Assembly: GCA_038087875.1 (NCBI GenBank)
Contig: CM075990.1
Coordinates: 14,386,001-14,450,000, forward strand
Direction of reading: 5' to 3'
Origin: Malacoraja senta
Taxonomy: Eukaryota
Length of the DNA stretch: 64,000 bases
Both the position numbers and the translations under genes were made by a program. How positions within the stretch are numbered: position 1 is the stretch's first letter; each line of letters opens with the position of its first letter. A model generated the notes under the pieces. It ran no database searches. It was given only the letters and a program-made list of their open reading frames with translations, and was not told the DNA's origin. This document shows, piece after piece, positions 15,251 to 27,000 of the stretch.

Positions 15251-16460
15251 GCTCCTCCCCGTCCCCTCATTCCCCTCATTCCCCTCATTCCTCCCCCCCC
15301 CCTCATCCCCCCCCCCCCGGCTCTCCCTCTCCCTCTCCCAAACCTCCTCTTCTCCCCCACCGCCGGCTCCCCGTCCCCTTCTAGCCTCCTCCTTATTTCT
15401 TCCATTCTCCCCTCTTCCCCCCCCTCCTACAGCCCCTCCCCACCTGTCTCCTCTCTTCTCCTCTCTCCTCTCCCCTCTCATCTCCCCTCTCTCCTCATAT
15501 CCCCTCCCCTCTCTCCTCATATCCCCTCTCCTCTCTCCTCTCCCCTCTCTCCTCTCTCATCTCCCCTCTCCCCCTCCCCCCCCCTCCCCCTCCCCACCTG
15601 TCCCCTCTCTTCTCCTCTCCCCTCTCCCCTCTAGCCTCTCTCCTCCCCACACCCCTCTCCCCTCTCCCCCTCCCCACCTGTCCCCTCTCTTCTCCTCTCC
15701 CCTCTCCCCTCTAGCCTCTCTCCTCCCCACACCCCTCTCCCCTCTCCCCCTCCCCACCTGTCCCCTCTCTTCTCCTCTCCCCTCTCCCCTCTAGCCTCTC
15801 TCCTCCCCACACCCCTCTCCCCTCTCCCCCTCCCCACCTGTCCCCTCTCTTCTCCTCTCCCCTCTCCCCTCTAGCCTCTCTCCTCCCCACACCCCTCTCC
15901 CCTCTCCCCCTCCCCACCTGTCCCCCTCCCCTCTCCCCTCTAGCCTCTCTCCTCCCCTCACCCCTCTCCCCTCTCCCCCTCCCCACCTGTCCCCCTCCCC
16001 ACCTGTCCCCTCTCTTCTCCTCTCCCCTCTCCCCTCTAGCCTCTCTCCTCCCCACACCCCTCTCCCCTCCCCCTCCCCATCCCCACCTGTCCCCTCTCTT
16101 CTCTCTCCTCTCATGTCCCCTCTCTCCTCCCCTCACCCCTCTCCTCTCTCCTCTCATCTCCCCTCTCCCCCTCCCCACTTCTCCCCCTCCCCACCTCTCC
16201 CCTCTCTTCTCCTCTCCCCTCTCCCCTCTAGCCACTCTCCTCCCCTCACCCCTCCCCTCTCCCCCTCCCCCTCCCCACCTGTCCCCTCTCCTCTCTCCTC
16301 TCATCTCCCCTCTCCTCCTCACCCCTCTCCCCCTCCCCACCTGTCCCCTCTCTTCTCCTCTCTCCTCTCATCTCCCCTCTCTCCTCCCCTCACCCCTCAC
16401 CCCTCTCCCCTTCCCCACCTGTTCCCTCTCTTCTCCTCTCCCCTCCTCCACCTCCCTTGC
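15250..16460. repeat. Polypyrimidine/polypurine tract with 80-bp tandem units
   Basis: Unit CCCACCTGTCCCCTCTCTTCTCC...CTAGCC... recurs at ~15593, 15673, 15753 and 15833, with degenerate copies on both sides. Confidence 0.9.
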
Positions 16461-19400
16461 AGGAGCCACTCACCCATGCCTGGGCTAGTTACTGTCAGCA
16501 TATTTTATTTCTATAATTTTGTATAAAGTCCACATTACTCTCATCCAGCTACAAAACAAATATTTCCACAATATATTATATATTTAGGCAACAGAGGTGA
16601 AGAAAAGATTAATTACTTTGGTTGAGTGTTCTCCAGCAAGATATTTCTCAAATATTGCTCTGTGTTTTTGCTGTTCCTAAAGCTAATGGTGGTGCCTCTA
16701 ACAAGTTATTTTCAAGAACCCACATTTTTTTCCAGCGCCGGAATGATGAATTTTGGGACTTTCAAAATAACTTGACATTACATCCCCTCTGCTCCCTCCA
16801 GGCTCTCTCTTCCCTCCCCACCCAACCGAAGGCTCTCCCCGTCCCTCTCCTCACTGACATTTCTCCCTGCCCCTCACCTCCTCTTTTGCCATGCCCAGAG
16901 CTCTCCCATCCCACACCTGGGCTCTCCCTCCACTCCTTCCTCCTGGGGACTCCATACACCACCCCCCCCCCTTCAGTTTTGGGCTTTGCACTGTCACCCC
17001 ATACCCCTAACTTTCCCCAATTACAGTGGGACTACATGGTCTGCTTTTCTGCTCTCGATGAGCTCTCCCTGCAAGAATTAGCATCACAGACTCTCAAATT
17101 ACAGCTCCAATTAGACCATTCAGCCCATCCAATCTATGCTAGTTTCCCCCCCATAGCTTACATTAAAAAAAATATTTTACTTAGCTCTCTTGAATGCCTG
17201 AATAAATCTGGTTCTACTACTTCTCCTCAGTATTCCAAATCCAGACCACGTGTGTTTTACAATTAAAATCCTTCTGTCTGTATTTCCTTACAATGTAAAA
17301 GGAGGCAATTCGGTCAGTTGAACTCAGCATCCCCACTTTAGTTTTTCTTGTAACCTTCCACGTGACCTTCTCACCTTCCCATAAAATCTAGGCACCAGGA
17401 TAAATTTGCGGTGGGCGTAAACCAGAGCAATCAGGGGAAACCTACATGGTCATCGATGAACGTGCAAACTCCACATACACTGCACTAAGGATTGAACCTT
17501 AGTTGCCAGAGCTATGAGGCTGCAGTTCTACCAATGTGCCGCATCTGTGGCTTTCATTCTACATTGCTTGATCTATCCAATGATGGGAACACTTGATTAT
17601 TCACACCCCCTCTGTCTCCTCAGTTCCAAGATCAACAATGCCCAGCATAACCAGCCTATCAGAGAAACTACCTTCTCTCATGTCTTTAAATGAAAGTGGC
17701 ACCCAGGGTAACGTTGTATAGGACAGTAGAGCATAGAAATGGACCCTTTCCATATCCCACTGTTCCCTGCATATCTATGTCACTTAAATGGCACTATCAT
17801 CTTGCTTCTACTCCCACCCCGGGCAATGCATTCCAGCCACTGACCAATCTCTATGTAAAAATAAAATTTGCCTTCCACGTATCCTTTAAACTCCCCCCCT
17901 CTCACCTTAGAGCTACTTTGCCTAGTTTTTGATATTTCCACTCCCGGTGGAATCACAACTGAGTTTTGTGACATGGTTGAGGTCATTACGGAAGTACAGC
18001 ACAGAAGTGAGCCCTTCAGTCCACCAAGTCCATAGTGACCATCAACTGCACATTGACACCAACTGTGCTTTAATCCTTTTTTTTCTTTTTCGTACAACCT
18101 CGTCAGCTCCACAGATACTAGGGATGATTTAAAGTGTCCAATTAGCCAATAAACCACACATCTTTGGTAGGTGAGAGGAAACCCACAAGGACATTGATAG
18201 AAGGTGCAAACTTCAGACAGACGGCAAGAAGGGTTTCGGCCCGAAACGTTGCCTATTTCCTTCGCTCCATAGATGCTGCTGCACCCGCTGAGTTTCTCCA
18301 GCATTTTTGTGTACCTCCAACATTTGAAGGTCGGGTCTCTGGCACTGTGAGGCAACCGCTCTACAGTCTGCGCCACTGCTGCGTAAGGTCTTGATCTTCA
18401 AATAAATTTTTCGTTAACTGACCAAAGGCAGTGTTGTATTAAAGGTGGGATGTCTATATTGGACAAGATTTGATTGCCGAGATGCAGCAACTGGTCTGTA
18501 TTTTCAAAACTATGGATTTGTTGGAACAGTGAGGGGCACAGGGATAGACGAACAGAGGACCTTTGTCTTGTAGATGTCGACTAAGGCCCATCTGCTCATA
18601 CATCTACTAAAGTATCTGATGGAATGGCCTTTGGGCTTTAATCATGCACAATAACATGCGTTATTGCAGTCAAACATTGAGTGTTGGGTAACCTTGGCAC
18701 TGAAATACAATCATCATAAGTTGAACAGCTTCCCATTATCTGAAGATTTGTTCTATTCTCCGCGGGAGTTTGTGACACAAAATGGAGAACAGGCAAAAAC
18801 GATTGATGAAAGTGTTCTGGTCTTTAGTGAGAATAGTTACCATCTTGTACATTTTCTTTTAAAATTTGCCTGCCATTCATTTTCAAAGGTGAAAAGACCT
18901 AGGATTTGTGTCTTTGTGTACACTATTTTCAGAGCAAAATATTCCAGTAACTCGAATCAGGCATGATTCTTGTGCTGTGGTAACACAGTGTCTTCTGATG
19001 TGCATTTCACCATTTTGGCTCGGTAGCTCAGAGGGCCAAGACTTGCAAAGAGAGGCCAGAGTATGAACGGTGTCTTAACCAGTCTGTCGAATAATACAAC
19101 CCTAAAAAAATGTACCTGACTTTTTTTGATTGCTTATTGTGAGGTCTTTCTGCAGGTGGAATGGCCTCCCAGCATGAAAATTGCAATATATTTATTTGGT
19201 TGTAAAGCATTTTAAGTCACTAAGGATATGAACAGTGCTGCATTATTGTGGTTGTTTATAATTTTATTTTTTGCTTTAATGCTTCTCATTTTGATATTTT
19301 GCATTTTTCATTTTCAGTTTTTGTTACTTAGGCATTGAGGTTTCTTGTATGTAGTACTTCATGTATCTATAACAGTTGTCTAGTGTAGCATCCATTTTAG

Positions 19401-20079
19401 CTCTGGGTAAAATTGCACCATAACATTTCTATAAACTGCTATTTACTATATTACTTGTACTCTTAGACACCACCTGAAATAAATATTGGTGATTTATTTT
19501 GAGCACAAAGGAAGTAGCTTAAAATCTAAAGGCATAGGCACTGTTGAAGAGGTCAAATTTTCGGGCAAATTTTATCGATCACAAAATAATGCTCCCTAAA
19601 ATGGCGACTGAAGGTGAACAGTCCAGTGTCTATAAATACAGGCAGAAGACTCCAGTCCTGTAGAGCAATACTCAGTTGAATATTCCTGCATCTTTTTGCG
19701 TCATGTCAACTGCTGAGATGTGGTTTTGTGGTCACTGGACCTCTGAGGAAAGTGATACTGAATCTTCAGGTCTTTTCACTGTACTAAATTAGAAAGGAAG
19801 CTAACTTCATATTGAGAAGAGTTTTGTGTTACTCTCCTGAAATTAAGCTGCATGGAATAATATTGATATCATTCAGAATTAAGTGATTGAACAACATTTT
19901 TAACGCGGAAGTGTGGGGGGTGAGGGAGTGTCGTATGGTGAGGAAATTGCAGAAATTGTGGCCCTGTACACCTGCAAATATTGAACTGGTGCAGTGCAGG
20001 TGATTAGGTGCAGTGCTACACCCTCTTTTGAGAGCACATCTGAGATTTTTTTTGTTTGACATATTCAGAAAGTAGCTTT

Positions 20080-20360
20080 GGGGGCAACACAGTGGCGCAG
20101 CGGTAGACATGCTGCCTCACAGTCCCAGAGACCCGGGTTCAATCCTGACTACTGATGCTGTCTGTGTGGAGTTCTCCCTGTGACTCTGCGGGTTTTCTCT
20201 GGGTGCTCCTCCCAAACTCCAAAGATATACAGGTTTGAAGGTTAATTGGCATCTGTAAATTGTAAAATTGTCCTTAAGTGTGTAGGATAGTGCAGGGTGA
20301 TCACTGGTCGGCGCGGACTCGGTGGGCCTGTTTCCACGCTGTATCTCTAAAGTCTAAAGC
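20080..20360 (+). mobile_element. HE1/V-SINE-type SINE
   Basis: tRNA-like head, conserved core and CR1-like tail GGCCTGTTTCCACGCTGTATCTCTAAA. Confidence 0.8.
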
Positions 20361-20659
20361 TGTGATTCGACCATTTAGTAGTATTTTGAGCATGATATGT
20401 AATTTGAAATGTGACAAAATAAATCAAATTGATCACAAAAGAAAATAGTCTTGGCTTTCAGGTTCATGCAGTGTAATTATAGTATGGAGATTGAGAGTAA
20501 AGCCAAGCAGCTGTGAAAAACTGAAAATAATGGTATCCACTCAGCATGTAACTTAAAAACATGGTAAATATACTTGAAACTCCATGTTTAAGTTTACATA
20601 CTGTGGAAGCCGCTGAGAGAAGATTGCAACAGGTACTATTTTCAAGGAACATATTTACT

Positions 20660-21360
20660 TATACTGCAGTACACAGTTAATGGCAAGATCCGTAACAGCA
20701 TTGATGTATAGGGGGATCTTGAGGTCCAAGTCCATAGCTCAGTGTAAGTGGCAACAGAGTGGTAAAGAAGGTGTAAGGTATGCCTGCTTTCATAGGTCGG
20801 GGCATTGAGCATAAGAGTAAGAACATCATGTTGCAGCTTTATAGGAATTAGGCTAGGCCACATGTGGAATATTGTGTGCAGTTCTAGTTGCCCCATTACA
20901 GGAACGATGTGAAGGCTTTGAAGAGGGTGCAGAAGAAGATTACCAAAATGCTGCCAGGATTAGAGGGTATTAGTTATGAGAAGAGATCGGGCAAACTTGA
21001 ATTGTTTTCTCTGGAGCGTCGGAAGCTGAGGAGAGACCTGAGAGAAGTATGTAAAATTATGAGGCAGTCAGACCCTTTTTCCCAGGGTGGAAAAGGAGGG
21101 CATAACTTTAAGGTTAGAGGGGCAATGTATAAAGGATGTGCGGGGCAAGTTTTATACATAGAGAGTGGAATGTGCTGGTGAGGGTAGTGGTGGAGGCAGA
21201 GATGATAGTGACATTTAAGAGGTTTTTAGATAGCCACATGGATCTGCAGGAAATGGCGGCTTATGGATTACTTGCAGGCAGGTGAGATTAGTTTATCTTG
21301 GCAGCATATTCAGCACAGACATTGTGGCCCAAAGGGCCTGTTCTGAGCGACCTTTTCTAT
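20660..21360 (+). mobile_element. CR1-type (HER1-like) LINE 3' fragment
   Basis: Degenerate 'RPH.EYCVQF.LPHYRNDVKALKRVQKKITKMLPGL..SYEKR..LELFSLERRKLR' and CR1 3' tail. Confidence 0.85.
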
Positions 21361-23940
21361 TGACTTGAATTAATCTTACAGCCATCTTTTTCCACGAGTA
21401 GTAGCTCTACTCAATAACCAAAAATCTATAGCCTCCTTTTGCTCTGGTATTTTATTTAATTCACATGTTTAATCGATAATGTTTTATTATTAATATTTAA
21501 TGTTTTATGTGTCATTCTTAACTGTCACTATGTCATGTTGTCACTTGCGAGTGGAGCACCAAGGCAAATTCCTTGGCCTTGGCCAATAAACTTATTCATT
21601 CATTCATCTATCCAATCAGAAACAATACTTCAATATCAGTTCAGTTTTTACATAATTCACCTCCTGTTAGTACTGTAGTTTTTGACTGTACGGAGTTTGT
21701 ACGTTCTCCCCGTGACCTACGTGGGTTTTCTCCGAGATCTTCGGTTTCCCCCCACATTCCAAAGACGTACAGGTTTGAAGGTTAATTGGCTTGGTAAATG
21801 TAAAAATTGTCCCTAGTGGGTGTAGGATGATGCTTATGTGTGGGGAGGGCTGGTCGGCGCGGACTCGGTGGGCCGAAGAGCCTGTTTCTGTGCTGTATCT
21901 CTAAACTAAACTAAACTACATTTGAATGCTTGGAGTTTAGCAGAATGAGAAGTGATCTTGCCCAAATAGATAAGACACTAAAGGGACCACACGGAATAGA
22001 TAATATTCAGAACAGAACAATAGAACAATATTCTGCAGCACACAGAACAATATTCTGTTGTGCTGCAGCAAGCAAGAATTTAATTGTCCTATATGGGACA
22101 CATGACAATAAGCTCTCTTGACTTGACTCTTGAGATCTTGACTCTTGAGACTTGACTCTTGAAAGTCTCATACAAGGGGACATAACTACAAGGTAACGGT
22201 ATGTAGTCACGTTTAAAACTGAGGTACAAGGATCGTTTTCGCAGAGGGTGATGCATTTCTGGAATTCACTGCTCTGGCTAGTGGCAGAAGCTAAATCATT
22301 AGAAATACTTAGAGTGGTGGTGATTGAGGAGTAGAGGGATATAGAGAAATGGCATGAAAGAGGAGTCCAGAATAAATTGGCCATGATCATATTAAATGGT
22401 GGAGCTGGCTTGAGGGTCCTGATGACCTACAGCTGCTATTTTCTTCTGTTATTGAGCTTTAATGCTTCACTATTTGATTAAAATTGATGTGTCCATTTAT
22501 TTCATCCTGTAATTGATAGAGGTATAGGTTTATTTGAGTTGTTTCTCAACAATATTTTGCAGACCGTATCCTCTTACGAATGATCACGTCATATGGAAGT
22601 TGAGTCGTTTTAATTTCGCTTATAATGTTTTCCTCCTATTCTATTCAGATTCGGATGTTAACTTACGAATGAAAACCCACTTGTGACAACCCCCAACAGC
22701 AATACAGGACAAAGGTTGTGAATTGCTGCTGCAAGACACAGGACTGATTCCATATTAACGTTTTAGAACCTAAAATATCTGAGTGTAATCTGTAAGTATT
22801 TATTTACTTTAGAATTATTACTTCAAGGGGAAGATGTGTCACAATAATTGGGTCATAGTATTTTTTTTCTGATGGGCGAAACAGGCAAATTCAATTTATA
22901 AGTACTTTAGAAGTGCACACCCATGCAGATTCACTAGAGGAACAAAGCCAAGGGGAAGTGAACTGTAGATAGTGAGGCATGAATCTGTAAGGGGATCTGA
23001 ACACATTAAGCAAGCAGGTAAGGTGATTGCAGATGGAGCATTATATGGTAAAATGTACACTTGTTTAGTTTGGTGTGAAATTTAGTTTTATTGAATATAA
23101 AAGACTACTGTTTTTATTGAAAAACAGTAGTCTTGATGCAGAATATGCTCTTGTTCTGCTGGCAGGCAGTTCAAAATGTGTCTGGCACTTTGACCGTCAT
23201 TACAAGGGTTTTCAGTAGATAAGCGTGTTGGTTAAGGATATATAAGAAACCAAAACCATTTGTCAGTGGTGCTCTGGTTTGCATTTTTGTAAATGGTGAG
23301 TGATTCTTAATGGAAGGGAATCATTGTCCCACACCGTCCACAAGCTTGGCCGCGAGTAATGTTCTTTTGTGTTTAAAGAAACCTGAGAAACCAGGAAGTT
23401 TGTTTAAAAATAGGCTACATGTAATTTACCTGCTAACACAAGCATTGGGTTGCTGAAACTTGATCGGGCCTGTTAAGACAATGTGGAAATATTACTTGCC
23501 AGTGGCTTTTTGTAGGGTTATTTCAACAATGCTACAAAAGCTGCAGTTGAGCAAAGATTGAAGAAAGTTCAAAACTTGTTCATTAGTTGGAACTGGGAAT
23601 GTTTAATATTAATGGCATGTTCCTGAATGATTGAGTGTAAAATTAAGACTTAATTTATCTTTTTAAAGAGGTTGTGTGTGCATGTAATTTCCATTTATAT
23701 AGATGTGGATTTCACTAATGCTAAATCCTGCATAAATGATCGCAACATTATGAAATTGAGATTTCAAAAGACTTTACTAGTTAGGATGTACTATTGTTTC
23801 ACCTTTGATGTAAATGCTGATCATTTACATTTGATAAATGTAAATTATAAAGCTGTCAAAATGTTTTTCAAAGCTGTCTTTCTAATCTGATATTGACATT
23901 TACTCTGCTGTTTGTATCCCACTCTTGCAGGTGAGGCAGC

Positions 23941-24053
23941 ATGACCATGACTCATGTTGGAGCAATTGTGGTCGCATTAACTGCAACCGTGTCTTTCTTC
24001 CTTTACTCTTCCATACACAAGATTGAAGAGGGGCACCTTGGCATTTACTACAG
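23941..24053 (+). CDS. ERLIN1: ERLIN1 coding exon 1 ([39 protein letters not shown]-terminal membrane anchor)
   Basis: Acceptor TTGCAG ends 23930, ATG at 23941, donor AG|GTAGTA. Confidence 0.95.
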
Positions 24054-27000
24054 GTAGTAAATCTTGTGAAACCAATTTTATTTTCAAATATACCCATTAT
24101 TTTGCTTTCTCATAACTCAGAGCAGGAATTAATAAAGTTCCAACCAGTTGCAAATTTCTGAGAACCTACAACCTCTGATTGACTTAGGAATTTGTAATTG
24201 GACTTACGGCCTTGCAATGATAACCATTTTTTTAAAAGGTCCATTTGTAACAGCAATATAACATGCTCAGATATTTTGTAGCGTGAAACTGCTCTTTAAT
24301 AAATATATAATGTCTATATTGTTTCATAACGAATTAATTGTTCTTGTACACTCTTCCTACTGCAACATTACTTGCTTTTAGGGATTGCACACATTGTTGA
24401 ACAACCTTCCTAATCAAACGTTTTTATTCCACTATTACAAAATTTGACATACTCTGAGGGAGGAGCTAAACTGTGCCAATTGACGGAAGCTCCAATTTGT
24501 TGATAATACATATCGTTTCTATCAGTATAGACGTTTTATAAGGTGTTAAAGAAGGAACTGCAGATGCTGGAAAATCGAAGGTACACAGAAATGCTGGAGA
24601 AACTCAGCGGGTGCAGCAGCAACTATGGAGCGAAGGAAATAGACAACGTTTTGGGCCGAAACCCTTCTTCAGACTGATAGGGGGTGGGGAGAAGAAAGGA
24701 AAAAAGGCGGAGGAGGAGCCCGAGGGCTGGGGGATGGAAGGGGACAACCAGAGGGCTGATGAAGGGGAGGGGACAGCAAGGGCTAGCAGAGTTGGGAGAA
24801 TTCAATGTTCATGCCCCCAGGATGTAGACTGCCCAAGCGGAATATGAGGTGCATTTCCTCCAATTTCCGGTGTTGCTCGCTGTGGCCATGGAGGAGACCC
24901 AGGACAGAGAGGTCAGATACGGAATGGGAGGGGGAGTTGATGTGCTGAGCCACCGGGAGGTCAGGTAGGTTATTGATGCGGCGTAGACGGAGGAATTGAG
25001 AGTGGGGGATGGAGTCCTTACAGGAAGCAGGGTGGGAAGAAGTGTAGTCCAGATAGCCGCTTCATCCACTTCACCACCAACTTCCATCCGGCACTCAAAT
25101 ACACCTGGACCATTTCCGACACTTCCCTACCATTCCTTGACCTCACTATCTCCATCACAGGTGATAGACTTCATACCGACATCCACTACAAACCTACCGA
25201 CTCCCATGGCTATCTGGACTACACTTCTTCCCACCCTGTTTCCTGTAAGGACTCCATCCCCCACTCTCAATTCCTCCGTCTACGCCGCATCTGCTCCCAG
25301 GATGAGGCGTTCCACACCAGGGCATCCGAAATGTCCTCATTCTTCAGGGAACGGGGGTTCCCCTCCTCCATCATAGATGAGGCTCGCACCAGGGTCTCTG
25401 CCATATCCCGCAACACTGCTCTCACTCCCCATCCCCCCCACTCACAACAAGGGCAGAGTCCCCCTAGTCCTCACCTTTCATCCCACCAGCTGTCACATAC
25501 AACAAGTGATCCTCCGTCAGTTTCGCCACCTCCAACGTGACCCCGCCACTCGCCACATCTTCCCATCTCCCCCCATGTCTGCCTTCCGCAAAGACCGCTC
25601 CCTCCATAACTCCCTTGTCAATTCTTCCCTTCCCTCCCGTACCACCCCCTCCCCGGGTACTTTCCCTTGCAACCGCAAGAGATGTAACACTTGTCCCTTC
25701 ACCTCCCCCCTCGATTCCATTCAAGGACCCAAGCAGTCGTTCCAGGTGCGACAGAGGTTCACCTGCATCTCCTCCAACCTCATCTATTGCATCCGCTGCT
25801 CTAGATGTCAGCTGATCTACATCGGTGAGACCAAGCGGAGGCTTGGCGATCGTTTCGCCGAACACCTCCGGTCGGTCCGCAATAACCTACCTGACCTCCC
25901 GGTGGCTCAGCACTTCAACTCCCCCTCCCATTCCATATCTGACCTCTGTCCTGGGTCTCCTCCATGGCCACAGCGAGCAACACCGGAAATTGGAGGAAAT
26001 GCACCTCATATTCCGCTTGGGCAGTCTACATCCTGGGGGCATGAACATTGAATTCTCCCAACTCTGCTAGCCCTTGCTGTCCCCTCCCCTTCATCAGCCC
26101 TCTGGTTGTCTCCTCCCATCCCCCAGCCCTCGGGCTCCTCCTCCGCCTTTTTTCCTTTCTTCTCCCCACCCCCTATCAGTCTGAAGAAGGGTTTCGGCCC
26201 GAAACGTTGCCTATTTCCTTCGCTCCATAGATGCTGCTGCACCCGCTGAGTTTCTCCAGAATTTTTGTGTACCTGACGTTTTATAAGGCGTTGGTGAGAC
26301 CATATTTGGAATAATGTGTTCAATTCTGGGCACCATGTTATAGGAAAGATATAAGGGTCAAGCTGAAAAGGGTACAGAGAAGATTCACGAAGATGTTGCC
26401 AAGACTCGAGGGTCTGAGCTATAGGGAGAGGTTGAGTAGTCTGGGACAGGTTTGGAGGGATATGGGTCGAGCACGGGCAGGTGGGACTAGTGCAGCTGGG
26501 ACATGTTGGCCGGTGTGGGCAAGTTGGATCGAAGGGCCTGTTTCCATGCTGTGTCACTCTATGACTGTATGACATAACAAAACAACTTGCCATTTCACAC
26601 AGATAGTTCCAAAGGAAGGATAACACCCAATTTCTCAGCACTGGGCATTAGGTTATCCTTTAAATGCCCAGTCGTAACTGAGCATCATCCAATCAAACAT
26701 GATGTGTTACATTTTGAAGTCCATTATCCTCCTGGAGCGCTACTTCATGCCGCAGAACTCTCCCCTAATCCACTTGTTGGACAACTATGACGCTCTTGTT
26801 AGTTAATGTACCTTAGTGATGTTTAGTCTTTAGTTACTTTTGTTTAGCAAATGGGTTAATTTATTACAATATGTCAAAGCTGCATCTTCCCAGTTATCAG
26901 CACAAGTAGCATGTAGTATTTGTTTTCTTTGTTTTGTGTCAGGAGTGAATCTTGTGTTTGGTTCTAGTTAAATACTGTATGCTGCAGTGGCACATTTCCT

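Noticed and set aside
14897..16526. G/E/R-rich and P/S/L-rich ORFs
   Set aside because: Translations of the low-complexity purine/pyrimidine tract
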